Source of the DNA: an uncultured Gammaproteobacteria bacterium
GTDB taxonomy: Bacteria > Patescibacteriota > Microgenomatia > PFEM01 > CAYIUX01
DNA: 48,155 nt
Direction of reading: 5' to 3'
Assembly (NCBI GenBank): GCA_964366795.1
Contig: CAYIUX010000001.1
Coordinates: 1 to 48,155 of the forward strand
Each line of letters starts with the position of its first letter. Position 1 is the stretch's first letter. The notes beneath the pieces are model-generated. The model saw nothing but the letters and a program-made list of their open reading frames with translations. It was not told the origin of the DNA and searched no databases. This document shows positions 26,424 to 35,547 of the stretch, one piece after another. The position numbers were made by a program, and so were the translations under genes.

Positions 26424-28069
26424 GAAAAAAAGACGCCATCACCATTTTTTTGTTATATTTCCTTTTCATCCTTTTTGTTTTTTGGGGTTTTCCAAAAACA
26501 TTCTTCCAGCAGGATGAATGGGCGATTTTTGGCAATTTGATTTATTGGGAGAAAGCCGGACTTTCCTGGTTTGAAAGATTGTTTGTTTACGAACAAGATG
26601 TCCATATTTTGCCTTTTAGTCAGTTGCTTTCCTATTTCCAGTTTCAATTGTTCGGTTTAGATTTTAGTCGTTATGCATTTTTTAGCCTCGGGCTACACCT
26701 CGTAAACTCTTTTTTGGTTTTCTATCTAAGTTTTCTAATTTTGAAGAAAAAATGGTTAAGTTTTGCCATCGGGTTGCTGTTTGCGGTTAATTCAATCTCC
26801 CATCAGGCGGTAACTTGGGTGGCGACGACTACCGGAACAGTGGGAACAACTATTTTCCTCCTTCTAACTTTGATTTTCTTTATCAAAAAAAATTTGGTTT
26901 TATCTTTACTGATGCTTGTTTTGTCTTTGAGTTTTAAAGAAACATCACTTTTTCTTTTTGCTTTTTTGCCAGTTTTTTGGTTAATCTTTGAAAGAAAAAT
27001 TTCCCTTGCGAATTTTAAAAAAATCCTTGTTCCGCTTTTGGTAGTAGGCTTTTTATATTTTTGCTTAAGAATTCTTTTGGCTATTAATGCTCCGCCATCT
27101 TCGGCGCCGCCGGGGACAGTCTCTCAACCTATTACGCCGGTAGTTTATCTCTATCGTGTTTTTACTCTTCCGGCTAAGGCAATTTCTCAAAGCATCGTCC
27201 CCGCGAATTTGATTCTTGGTTTATCAAAAATAATGGTTCTTCTCGCTTATCCTCATTTTGCTCCCAAGGGGGTTCCTGATCCTTATGTGGTCGAGAGCGT
27301 GGCGGCAGATATTGTGACTTATGGTTTAACGACAATAATTCTTATCATTTCTTGGTATGTCTTCAAATATTTTAGGGGTTTAAAAGAAGAGAATCTTAGC
27401 AAATCGCTAGTTTTTTCCCTATCTTTTATTGCCTTTGGTTGTCTGCCACTTATTTTTATTCCCGGAAAAGCGGGATATTTTTCGATTTTTGAGCCCCGAC
27501 ATTTTTATATTTTAAGCCTTGGTTCTAGCTTGTTTTTAGCAATTATGATTTACACTTTTAGCCGTTGGCAAAAGGTTTTGGGGATTGTGTTTTTAATTTT
27601 CCTAATCTTCTTTCATGGTTACAAAATTAAGGCTGATATTGGAAGACAGGTGGATGTTGGGCAGTTGAGAAAATCAATTCTTGTCCAAATTTACAAAACC
27701 TATCCTAATCTGCCCGAAAAGGTAATTTTTTACACCGAAAGCGACAAAGCTTATTATGGTTTGCCGCCCGAAGAAAAAATTTTGCCTTTTCAATCAGGTT
27801 TTGGGCAAACCCTTTTAGTTTGGTATAATAATCGAGGGGAAGAATTTCCCGCCTGTTTTTTTAAGGAAAAATTCCTTTATGTACTTTTAAGTGAAGATTA
27901 TAAGTTCTGTCAAGGAAGAGAGTTTGGGTATTTTCGAAAACTTGAACTTTTAAACGAAGCGGTGAAAGAAAACAATCTGCCTAAAGAAAGCATAATCGCT
28001 TTTTCTTACGATTCAACAAATCAATCTCTAATTGATATTACCTTAAAAATTCGCCAACAGCTTAAATGA
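26420..28069 (+). CDS. Multi-pass GT-C-like membrane protein (PMT/TMTC-like), paralogue of 23573-25300
   Basis: The tracked ORF starts at 26390. ATG 26420 forms an ATGA overlap with the upstream stop and gives MRKKDAITIFLLYF. Motifs are FFQQDEWAIFG, LHLVNSFLVFYLS and LLFAVNSISHQAVTWVAT. It is colinear with 23573-25300 to the C-terminus (YYGLPPEEKILPFQSGFGQ). Confidence 0.55.
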   Translation: MRKKDAITIFLLYFLFILFVFWGFPKTFFQQDEWAIFGNLIYWEKAGLSWFERLFVYEQDVHILPFSQLLSYFQFQLFGLDFSRYAFFSLGLHLVNSFLVFYLSFLILKKKWLSFAIGLLFAVNSISHQAVTWVATTTGTVGTTIFLLLTLIFFIKKNLVLSLLMLVLSLSFKETSLFLFAFLPVFWLIFERKISLANFKKILVPLLVVGFLYFCLRILLAINAPPSSAPPGTVSQPITPVVYLYRVFTLPAKAISQSIVPANLILGLSKIMVLLAYPHFAPKGVPDPYVVESVAADIVTYGLTTIILIISWYVFKYFRGLKEENLSKSLVFSLSFIAFGCLPLIFIPGKAGYFSIFEPRHFYILSLGSSLFLAIMIYTFSRWQKVLGIVFLIFLIFFHGYKIKADIGRQVDVGQLRKSILVQIYKTYPNLPEKVIFYTESDKAYYGLPPEEKILPFQSGFGQTLLVWYNNRGEEFPACFFKEKFLYVLLSEDYKFCQGREFGYFRKLELLNEAVKENNLPKESIIAFSYDSTNQSLIDITLKIRQQLK

Positions 28070-28908
28070 AAAAATTTCCTTTGGTTTCGGTCAATATTCC
28101 TACTTATAACTCCAGTCTGACATTGGCTGAGACCCTAGAATCGGTGAAGAAACAAACATATCCCAACATTGAAATTATAGTTGCCGATGGTCACAGTCAG
28201 GATGATACCCTAAAGATTGCCAAAAAATACGGCGCCAAAGTTTATTATGCTCAAGAATTAGGTCGAGCCAGATTTAAAGCGTTTTCTAAAAGCCAGGGAA
28301 AATATGTTTTATTTTTCGATTCAGACCAAGTGATGGATAAAGATTTAATCGCCAAATGTGTGGCAAAATGTGAGAAAACAAATTGCGACGCCCTAACCTT
28401 ATCAGAAAAATCAATTATTAGAAAAGGAACACTGGTGGAAAAACTGATTGCCTATGACAAATTCGTGATTGATTCTTTAAAAGATGATGATGCGATTTTC
28501 GGAACGGCTGTTCCCCGTTTTTTTAGAGCAGAAATTTTAAGAGGAATTGTTTGGCCCAAAGAACTTTCTGTTTTTGACCATACAGGAATTTTTTTGGAAA
28601 TCGTCAAAAAAGGGGCTAAGGTGGAATATATATCTTCGCCATCATTGAGACATTATGAAGTTGATAGTTGGAGAAAATTTTTCAAAAAATTCTATCGTTA
28701 TGGACTTTATTATTTTGATGCTTTAAAGGGTTATCCTGGACCAGTCATTGCTCATAGTTTTCCTAGAAGAGTTTATTTTACAAAAGTGGCTTTAAGAAAA
28801 CCTGCCTGGTTTCTTGGCCTTTTATTTTTGTATTTTGTTAAAGGAATTGCCGCTGCTCTAGGGATTATCGCTTATTTTTTGAGAAAAGGAAAAGTTTATG
28901 AAAGTTAG
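28066..28908 (+). CDS. GT2 family glycosyltransferase
   Basis: 280 aa. Motifs are VSVNIPTYNSSLTL...KQTYPNIEIIVADGHSQDDT...LFFDSDQ. It is a paralogue of 15809-16636. Confidence 0.85.
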   Translation: MKKFPLVSVNIPTYNSSLTLAETLESVKKQTYPNIEIIVADGHSQDDTLKIAKKYGAKVYYAQELGRARFKAFSKSQGKYVLFFDSDQVMDKDLIAKCVAKCEKTNCDALTLSEKSIIRKGTLVEKLIAYDKFVIDSLKDDDAIFGTAVPRFFRAEILRGIVWPKELSVFDHTGIFLEIVKKGAKVEYISSPSLRHYEVDSWRKFFKKFYRYGLYYFDALKGYPGPVIAHSFPRRVYFTKVALRKPAWFLGLLFLYFVKGIAAALGIIAYFLRKGKVYES

Positions 28909-29566
28909 TGTGGTTATACCAGCCAAAAACGAAGAAGAAGGGATTGAAAAGATTATAAAACAAGTCCGCCCCCTGGCGGATGAAATTTTGGTTGTTGATG
29001 GTCATTCAAAAGATAAAACTCGGCAAATTGCCAAGGAATATGGGGCCAAAGTCGTCTTAGATGGAGGTAGAGGAAAGGGAGATGGTATAAGGAAGGGGAT
29101 TAGAAAAGCAAAAGGAGATATTATTGTTTTTATTGATGCCGATGGTTCTCATAACCCTCGCGATATTCCTAAATTGGTGGCACCAATTAAAAAGGGAGAA
29201 GCCGATTTGGTAGTCGCTTCTCGGGCAAAAGGAGGAAGTGATGAGGTTAGACTGGATTTTGAAGGTTTATTTAGACAAATTGGTAGCGAAATTGCCGCCA
29301 TTTTAGTTAATCTTCGTTGGCGGGCAAACTTAACTGATATTCAAAATGGGTTTCGGGCGATAAGGAAAAAAACTGCTTTAGCTTTAAAGTTGGAATCTAA
29401 TGGGTTTGAAATTGAAGAGGAAATGATTATGAAATGTCTTAAACACAAGGGAAGAATCGTAGAAGTTGCTGGTCATGAATATCAAAGGAAATGGGGAGTT
29501 TCTAAACTCCCAACAATTCAAGCCTGGAGGTTTCTTTTAAGGCTTTTTAAAGAATTACTAAGTTGA
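28898..29566 (+). CDS. GT2 polyprenyl-phosphate sugar synthase-like (soluble Dpm1-type)
   Basis: 222 aa. Motifs are VSVVIPAKNEEEGI...ILVVDGHSKDKT...GKGDGIRKGI...VFIDADGSH. It is the positional equivalent of 16638-17372. Confidence 0.82.
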   Translation: MKVSVVIPAKNEEEGIEKIIKQVRPLADEILVVDGHSKDKTRQIAKEYGAKVVLDGGRGKGDGIRKGIRKAKGDIIVFIDADGSHNPRDIPKLVAPIKKGEADLVVASRAKGGSDEVRLDFEGLFRQIGSEIAAILVNLRWRANLTDIQNGFRAIRKKTALALKLESNGFEIEEEMIMKCLKHKGRIVEVAGHEYQRKWGVSKLPTIQAWRFLLRLFKELLS

Positions 29567-29573
29567 GGAAATC

Positions 29574-30989
29574 ATGAAAGTCTACCTAATTAATCCTCCT
29601 GCCTACCAGGGAATAAAAATTGTTCGCGAAGGCAGGTGTATGCAAAGAAGGGGAGCCTGGACGGCCGTTTGGGCGCCAGTTTCTTTAGCCATCATTGCCG
29701 CTGTTTTGGAAAATGAGGGTTTTGAGGTTAAATTAGATGATTGTATTGTTAATGAAATTGACTTTCCCCAACTTCAACAAGAGCTTAAACGATTTAAGCC
29801 AGATTTGATAGTTATTAATACTGCCACCCCATCAATAGTTACTGATCTTAAGGTGGCAAGTTTAGCAAAAAAAGCAAATCCAAAATGTAAAACTGTTGTC
29901 TTTGGAATTCATGTAACGGCTTTACCTGAAGAATCACTGAAGATGGAGCCGGCATTGGATTGCGTTGTCCGGGGTGAACCGGAAATAACAATTAAAGATA
30001 TTGCTTTGGCAATAAGGAAAAAGAGGGGATTGGAAAAAATTAAGGGAATTTCTTTCAAAAAAGGCAAAAAAATCGTTCACAATCCAGACCGACCGCCATT
30101 GGAAAATTTAGACAAACTTCCCTTTCCCGCCTGGCAACATATAAAAATCAACCGTCATCTTATGCCTTTCAAAAACACCCCCTTTTTATTAGTTGCCACC
30201 GGCAGGGGATGTCCATATCAATGTAAATTTTGTGCTGACAAAACCTTCTATGGGATGAGATTGAGATTACGGTCGCCTAAAAGCGTAGTTGATGAAATAG
30301 AATGGGTAGGTAAAAAATTTGGAGTCAAAGATTTCTTGTTTTGGTCAGAATCTTTTACCATTAACCATCAATTTGCCCAAAGCGTCGCTCAAGAAATTAT
30401 CCGTCGCCGACTTAAAGTTTCCTGGGTTTGCAATAGTCGGGTGGACACTGTTGATTACCCTTTGCTCAAAAAATTTGCCCAGGCTGGATGTTGGATGATA
30501 GGTTATGGAATTGAAAGTGGAGAGCAAAAAGTTTTAGATATGATGGAGAAAGGAACGACTCTTAAACAGGCTAAAAGGGCCGTCCAAGATGCTCATCGAG
30601 CAGGACTGGAAGTGACTGGTCATTGTGTGATTGGATATCCCGGGGAAACGAGAAAGACCACTCAACAGACGATTGAATTTGCTAAGAATCTTGATTTGGA
30701 TTTTGTTCAATTTTATTGTGCTGTTCCTTTCCCTGGTTCCGACCTTTTTGATCTGGCAAAAAAGGAAAATTGGATAACCAGCGAAGATTGGGGTTTTTTT
30801 GAGCAAAACTTTTCTGTTTTAACTACCCCCAACCTTAAGGCAGAGGAAGTTATGGAACTAAGACGCCAGGCTTTTAACAATTTTTATTTAAGACCAAAGA
30901 TTATTTGGCAAACGATAAAAAGAATCCGTTCCTTTGGCGACTTAAAACAGTTTTTCTGGATGGTTAAAGATTTTATTACCTGGATATGA
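29574..30989 (+). CDS. B12-binding (class B) radical SAM enzyme
   Basis: 471 aa. An RBS (gaggaa) lies upstream. The N-terminus reads MKVYLINPP...VFGIHVTALPEE...VRGEPE. The cluster motif is GRGCPYQCKFCAD. The C-terminal NFYLRPKIIWQTIKRIRSFGDLK is shared with 17369-18769. Confidence 0.88.
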   Translation: MKVYLINPPAYQGIKIVREGRCMQRRGAWTAVWAPVSLAIIAAVLENEGFEVKLDDCIVNEIDFPQLQQELKRFKPDLIVINTATPSIVTDLKVASLAKKANPKCKTVVFGIHVTALPEESLKMEPALDCVVRGEPEITIKDIALAIRKKRGLEKIKGISFKKGKKIVHNPDRPPLENLDKLPFPAWQHIKINRHLMPFKNTPFLLVATGRGCPYQCKFCADKTFYGMRLRLRSPKSVVDEIEWVGKKFGVKDFLFWSESFTINHQFAQSVAQEIIRRRLKVSWVCNSRVDTVDYPLLKKFAQAGCWMIGYGIESGEQKVLDMMEKGTTLKQAKRAVQDAHRAGLEVTGHCVIGYPGETRKTTQQTIEFAKNLDLDFVQFYCAVPFPGSDLFDLAKKENWITSEDWGFFEQNFSVLTTPNLKAEEVMELRRQAFNNFYLRPKIIWQTIKRIRSFGDLKQFFWMVKDFITWI

Positions 30990-32500
30990 GAAAAAAAAGA
31001 CAACTTCAAAATTTTTTGCCTATTTTTATAATTGTCATTTTGACGTTAATCGCTTGGTATAGGATAAGTTTTCAATCTTTTTCGGGAGAGGGCTGGAGTT
31101 ATTTTGAAAAAAGATTGGCGGTTTTTGATGAGGGAGGAAGATTAATGACCAAAGATGTTTTTTTTGCTGCCGATTCTTTTGCCCGGCTTCTTTTTCCTTT
31201 TATAATTCCTATTTTCCAAGATAATATCAGCGCCTATATGACATTTTTCTTGTTTTTATTTATTTTGCTCATTGTTTCATTTTATGTCTTGGTCTGGAAG
31301 ATAACTAATAATAAAATTATTGGTTTTTTAGCTACAGTTTTTTGGGGCGTAAACTATCTGGGATTTTTTACCAATTTGGCGGTAGGACAAGTTCAATTTT
31401 TTATTTCCCGAATTCCTAATTTAATTCCCTTGTTTGCTGCTTTTTATTTTTATGTTAAAAGAAATTATTTCTTAAGTTTTGGTCTTTATTTTTTATCAAT
31501 TTTTATGTCTCGATTTGGTGTTCCTCTTCTATCCTTATTTATTTTTTATACTGTGATGGATATCCTCTTGGAACAAAAAAAATTAAGGAAGATTGTTGAG
31601 GGAGTTCTTTTTTTAACCCCATTTTTCTTAGCGAGTGTTCTCTTATTAAACGGCAATCAAATTATGGCGATTGCTGATAACAGGAATTTCTTAGATTTCT
31701 TAATCCATTATCCGAATTTTCTTGAACTTTTGAAAAAGATTTTTTTTCAGTTGACAGTGGTTACCTTCCCCTTCTTTATTTTGCAGCAATTAGGGGTTGT
31801 GAAATTTCTCATAACCATCTGGAGTGATGTATTCAGTAATAGTCAGACGATAGTTTTCGGCCTAACCCCTTTAGTGGTAATTGTCTATCTAGCAGCAACG
31901 ATTTATGTATTTAGGAAAGGAGAAAAATTAAGAAAACTAGTGTTCTCTTTCTTGTTTTCTTCAATTTTCTGCCTTTTGGTTAATATTTATCACGAAAGAA
32001 TGGACATTTTCACTAGTTGGGACACCGATCGGTATTTTTATCTACCTTTAATCGGCGTTTCTTTTTTTTGGGCGACATTTCTTTTTCTACTGCTTTATCA
32101 GAAGAGTATTTTTAAAAGATTAATATTCTTAGGTCTTGTTGTTTTTTGGTTATTTTTTAATATTAAGATGAATTTTATGGCTTTTGCCGAAGTCCAACCA
32201 AGGTTTACTGCCAGTTTGGCGACAATAGCTTATGTTAAATCATTGTCAACCGACCTCCCGGATAATTCCCTAGTCGTTCTTCCCAGAGAGATGATATTTC
32301 ATGGGCAAGAATTTATTGAGAGATTTTACGGAAGAGATAAAAAGATTAAGTTTATGACAACTGGTGACCCTGCTTGGGAAAATAATCAGATTGTGATTCT
32401 TTCTAAATTTGACCCGGAAAAAGTTTCTATTCTTAAATATGATTATAATAAAAATAAAGTAGTTGACATAACCGATGAATATCTTAATCTTAAACCCTAA
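30986..32500 (+). CDS. Multi-pass membrane protein, distant GT-C-like candidate
   Basis: 504 aa with about 11 TM segments. The N-terminal loop SFSGEGWSYFEKR, followed by KIIGFLATVFWGVNYLG, is loosely colinear with the FFQQDEW...LLFAVNSIS proteins at 23573 and 26420. The function is uncertain. Confidence 0.5.
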   Translation: MRKKRQLQNFLPIFIIVILTLIAWYRISFQSFSGEGWSYFEKRLAVFDEGGRLMTKDVFFAADSFARLLFPFIIPIFQDNISAYMTFFLFLFILLIVSFYVLVWKITNNKIIGFLATVFWGVNYLGFFTNLAVGQVQFFISRIPNLIPLFAAFYFYVKRNYFLSFGLYFLSIFMSRFGVPLLSLFIFYTVMDILLEQKKLRKIVEGVLFLTPFFLASVLLLNGNQIMAIADNRNFLDFLIHYPNFLELLKKIFFQLTVVTFPFFILQQLGVVKFLITIWSDVFSNSQTIVFGLTPLVVIVYLAATIYVFRKGEKLRKLVFSFLFSSIFCLLVNIYHERMDIFTSWDTDRYFYLPLIGVSFFWATFLFLLLYQKSIFKRLIFLGLVVFWLFFNIKMNFMAFAEVQPRFTASLATIAYVKSLSTDLPDNSLVVLPREMIFHGQEFIERFYGRDKKIKFMTTGDPAWENNQIVILSKFDPEKVSILKYDYNKNKVVDITDEYLNLKP

Positions 32501-33683
32501 TATCACCACCGGTGGTGCTCAAAGAACTGTTCTAAACCTGGCTTATTATCTTGAAAGATTAGGGAACGAGGTTTGGCTGTTTACTACTCTTATAGACCAA
32601 AAGACCATACCAGAAAAATTTAAAAATTTAAAGTTTATTGAATCAAAGCACAAAATTCTAAAAGCTGGAGGGCAAACCACCCAATATCAAAACATCGATA
32701 ATTTATTTCTTTTGCTAATTCGACTTTTTAAAATTAAATTTGAGCTGATAAAAATAATTGACCAAAAGAAAATAGATGTTGTTATTGTTCACCAGCAACC
32801 CTTCAATTGGGTTTTGGCTTTTTATTTCAAATGTCCAGTGATTTGGAATTGCTTTGAACCGGTCGCCCTTTGGCGACCTAAAGACAGCAATTACTTTCCC
32901 CTAAGAGTTAAGAAAAATAATTTTATTCAAGACATATTAGAAAGGGTTTATGAATGGATAGATAAAAAAATAATTCGTTATGGAATAAAGTATATTTTTG
33001 TTTTATCGGAGCAAACTGAAAATCAAATTTATAACCTTTATAAAAAAAGGGCAATTGTCTTTCATCCAGGAATCGGTCCGGACTTGTTGAGCCAAAAGAT
33101 TAATTTAAAAGCGCTTAAAAAATACAATCTTAGTTCAGATTTTAATATTCTTCAAGTCGGTCAGTTTACTTATGAAAAAAATCAACTCTTGACTATTGAT
33201 GTTTTTAAAAAAATTCAGCAAAAAATTCCTAAAGCAAAATTAATATTAATAGGAAACGGACCCTTAAGAGAAAAAATAGAGGAAAAAATAAGAAATTTAA
33301 AACTTCAAGAAAGTGTAATCTTAACCGGCAGACTACTACCACTTAATAGCCTTTTATTGGCGGCTTTTTACCAAAAAGCCGATGTTTTAGTCTTTCCCTC
33401 TCTAATTCAATCATGGGGATTGGTCCCTTTTGAGGCGCTTGCTTTTGGAACAATTCCCTTGGTTTCGGAAAAATGCGGTGCCGCTGAGTTGATTGAAAAA
33501 GAAAAAATTGGCTTGGTGATGAAATTAAGCCATGATGATTATTACCGAAAACTTATTTATATTTATGGACACAAAGGAAAAATAAAAGAAATGGCGGAAA
33601 AAGGAAAGAAATATACTCTGGCTAAGCTTACTTACAAGGTTTACGCTAGAAAAATTCAGGAGCAATTATGGAAGCTTCGATAA
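32475..33683 (+). CDS. GT4 family glycosyltransferase
   Basis: 402 aa. The N-terminus is MNILILNPNITTGGAQR. The C-terminal domain reads LILIGNGPLRE...VFPSLIQSWGLVPFEALAFGTIPLVSEKCGAAELIE (an EX7E-type region). Confidence 0.83.
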   Translation: MNILILNPNITTGGAQRTVLNLAYYLERLGNEVWLFTTLIDQKTIPEKFKNLKFIESKHKILKAGGQTTQYQNIDNLFLLLIRLFKIKFELIKIIDQKKIDVVIVHQQPFNWVLAFYFKCPVIWNCFEPVALWRPKDSNYFPLRVKKNNFIQDILERVYEWIDKKIIRYGIKYIFVLSEQTENQIYNLYKKRAIVFHPGIGPDLLSQKINLKALKKYNLSSDFNILQVGQFTYEKNQLLTIDVFKKIQQKIPKAKLILIGNGPLREKIEEKIRNLKLQESVILTGRLLPLNSLLLAAFYQKADVLVFPSLIQSWGLVPFEALAFGTIPLVSEKCGAAELIEKEKIGLVMKLSHDDYYRKLIYIYGHKGKIKEMAEKGKKYTLAKLTYKVYARKIQEQLWKLR

Positions 33684-34489
33684 TTATTCCGTCCACCAGA
33701 ACTAAAGGCTTAAAAAAAACCAGAGAGTCTCTTTTGCGTCAAAAAACTAAATTTTCTTATGAGATAATTGTTATTAAGAACCTTCTGCCAGGACAGGCGC
33801 GGAATTTGGGAGCGAAAAAAGCTTCAGGTAAATATCTTTTATTTTTGGATGACGACTGTATTGCATCCAAAGATTGGATAGAAAAAAATATTAATTTTTT
33901 AAAGAGTCGAAAAAATATTGGTGCTGTTGGAGGAAAAATAGTCGGCAAATCACCTAAATTTTTTAGTCGCTGTACTGACTATACCAATTTCTGGCGCCAG
34001 CAAAATAATCAACTAAGAAAGACAAGCCAACTTTATACCGCTTCACTGGCAGTGAAGAAGGAAGCATTCCTAAAGGTCAGTGGTTTTGATGAAAAAGCTA
34101 AAGTTGGCGAGGATGTTGATTTTATTAATAAATTAGAAAAATATGGTTATATCAGCTGGTATAACCCAGAAATAGTGGTTCTTCACAATCACAAGAGAGA
34201 TACTCTTAGTAAGTTTCTCAAGTATATGTATAACAATGGCTTAGCAACTGGTCTTTATATTTTAAAAACTCACCAGAGAATTGCCCTTGTTAGGGTGTTA
34301 TTACCAATTTTCAAACAAGCCTACTTTTTATTTATAATCCCAATGGCAATTTTATACACTGGAGCGAATCTTTATTTGAACTTTTCTTCAAACTGGAAAA
34401 TAATTTTTTTAATGCCTTTTATCTTTTTGGGTTATCTTGTTTATCATTTGGGTATTGCCGTAAGATTATTAAAGGAGATTTTTCAATGA
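33668..34489 (+). CDS. GT2 family glycosyltransferase with C-terminal TM segments
   Basis: 273 aa. Motifs are SIIIPSTR...GQARNLGAKKASGKYLLFLDDDC (DxD) and GEDVDF. It has two to three C-terminal hydrophobic helices. Confidence 0.78.
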   Translation: MEASIIIPSTRTKGLKKTRESLLRQKTKFSYEIIVIKNLLPGQARNLGAKKASGKYLLFLDDDCIASKDWIEKNINFLKSRKNIGAVGGKIVGKSPKFFSRCTDYTNFWRQQNNQLRKTSQLYTASLAVKKEAFLKVSGFDEKAKVGEDVDFINKLEKYGYISWYNPEIVVLHNHKRDTLSKFLKYMYNNGLATGLYILKTHQRIALVRVLLPIFKQAYFLFIIPMAILYTGANLYLNFSSNWKIIFLMPFIFLGYLVYHLGIAVRLLKEIFQ

Positions 34490-35547
34490 TTATTAGAAAA
34501 TTAAAAAAACTTATTCATCTTTCTTTATTACGAAGTAACAAACTATGTTTATTTAAAAATTATTTTAAAACCCCGCCGATTTTAATTTTTTTTGTTACTT
34601 CAGCCTGTAATTCAAAATGTCCTCATTGTTTTTACAAGAATAATTTAAATAGAAAGAACGACCTAACCCTAGAGGAAATTAAAAAAATTAGTCAATCAAT
34701 GGGGAAAATTTATCAACTTGAACTTTCCGGAGGCGAACCATTTTTAAGAAAAGATTTGCCAGAAATTTGTGAAATATTTTATAAAAATAATCATTTAGAA
34801 GAACTTCAGATTCCCACTAATAGTTTGTTAGCCAATAAAATTTACAAGGTGGTGAAAACAATTTTACGGCAACGTCCAGGGATTGAACTAAATCTTAATT
34901 TATCTTTAGATGGAACAGAAAAGGTGCACGACACAATGAGGGGGATTAAGGGAAATTTTAAAAAAGTAATCGCCAATTATCATAATTTAGTTGGTCTTAA
35001 AAAAACTTATAAAAATTTTTTCATCAACATCACCTCCACTGTTACTAAAAAGAATATTGACGATTTGTTTGTTTTAGCTGACTGGGTTGTGGACAATATG
35101 CCATTAATTAGCCATCATTACTTGGGATATGAAAGAGGAAGATTTTATACTGATAAAATAGATTTACCCCAGGTTGACAAATTGTGTTCCCTTAATGGAA
35201 AAATTGAAAGATTATATCAAAGAAAAAATGGTTTAATTTATACCGGCCTTATTAAAAAAATAAATGAAGCTAAAGTTAAAACCCTCGTAGCTAAACATCA
35301 GATAGTTCCTTGTGTCGCAGGAAAATTGGTTGGGGTAATTTATGAGGACGGAAGAATTGCCAATTGTGAAATGCTGCCGGAAACAGGCAAGATAAAGGGA
35401 GGCAATTTTCCTAAGGCTTGGCAAAGTCAAAAGCGATTAAACCAGCGGAAAGAAATAATTGAGAAAAAAGTTTGTTATTGTGCTCATGAATGCTTTATTT
35501 CTCCAAGCTTTACCCATGGACTACCAAATAAAATTATCGGAATCTGA
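34486..35547 (+). CDS. Radical SAM enzyme with C-terminal SPASM/twitch domain
   Basis: 353 aa. The cluster motif is FVTSACNSKCPHCFY and the SAM-binding motif is SGGEPFLRKD. The C-terminal CVAGKLVGVIYEDGRIANC...VCYCAHEC fits Cx..Gx4C...CxCx3C. Confidence 0.85.
   Translation: MIIRKLKKLIHLSLLRSNKLCLFKNYFKTPPILIFFVTSACNSKCPHCFYKNNLNRKNDLTLEEIKKISQSMGKIYQLELSGGEPFLRKDLPEICEIFYKNNHLEELQIPTNSLLANKIYKVVKTILRQRPGIELNLNLSLDGTEKVHDTMRGIKGNFKKVIANYHNLVGLKKTYKNFFINITSTVTKKNIDDLFVLADWVVDNMPLISHHYLGYERGRFYTDKIDLPQVDKLCSLNGKIERLYQRKNGLIYTGLIKKINEAKVKTLVAKHQIVPCVAGKLVGVIYEDGRIANCEMLPETGKIKGGNFPKAWQSQKRLNQRKEIIEKKVCYCAHECFISPSFTHGLPNKIIGI

Noticed and set aside
30991-30998. Homopolymeric A tracts (A8 at 30991-30998; A7 at 5927-5933, 15314-15320 and 26424-26430) as phase-variation switches.
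   Set aside because: Runs of 7-8 A encoding Lys-rich N-termini or loops are expected in AT-rich genomes and are shorter than typical contingency tracts. There is no evidence of frame disruption.
6790-35547. The three SPASM radical SAM genes as markers of a RiPP (ribosomal peptide) biosynthetic cluster.
   Set aside because: No plausible small precursor ORF, leader-peptide protease, RiPP recognition element protein or exporter is adjacent. The flanking space is fully occupied by glycosylation genes. I kept the idea only as a minor alternative in which a protein acceptor is modified.
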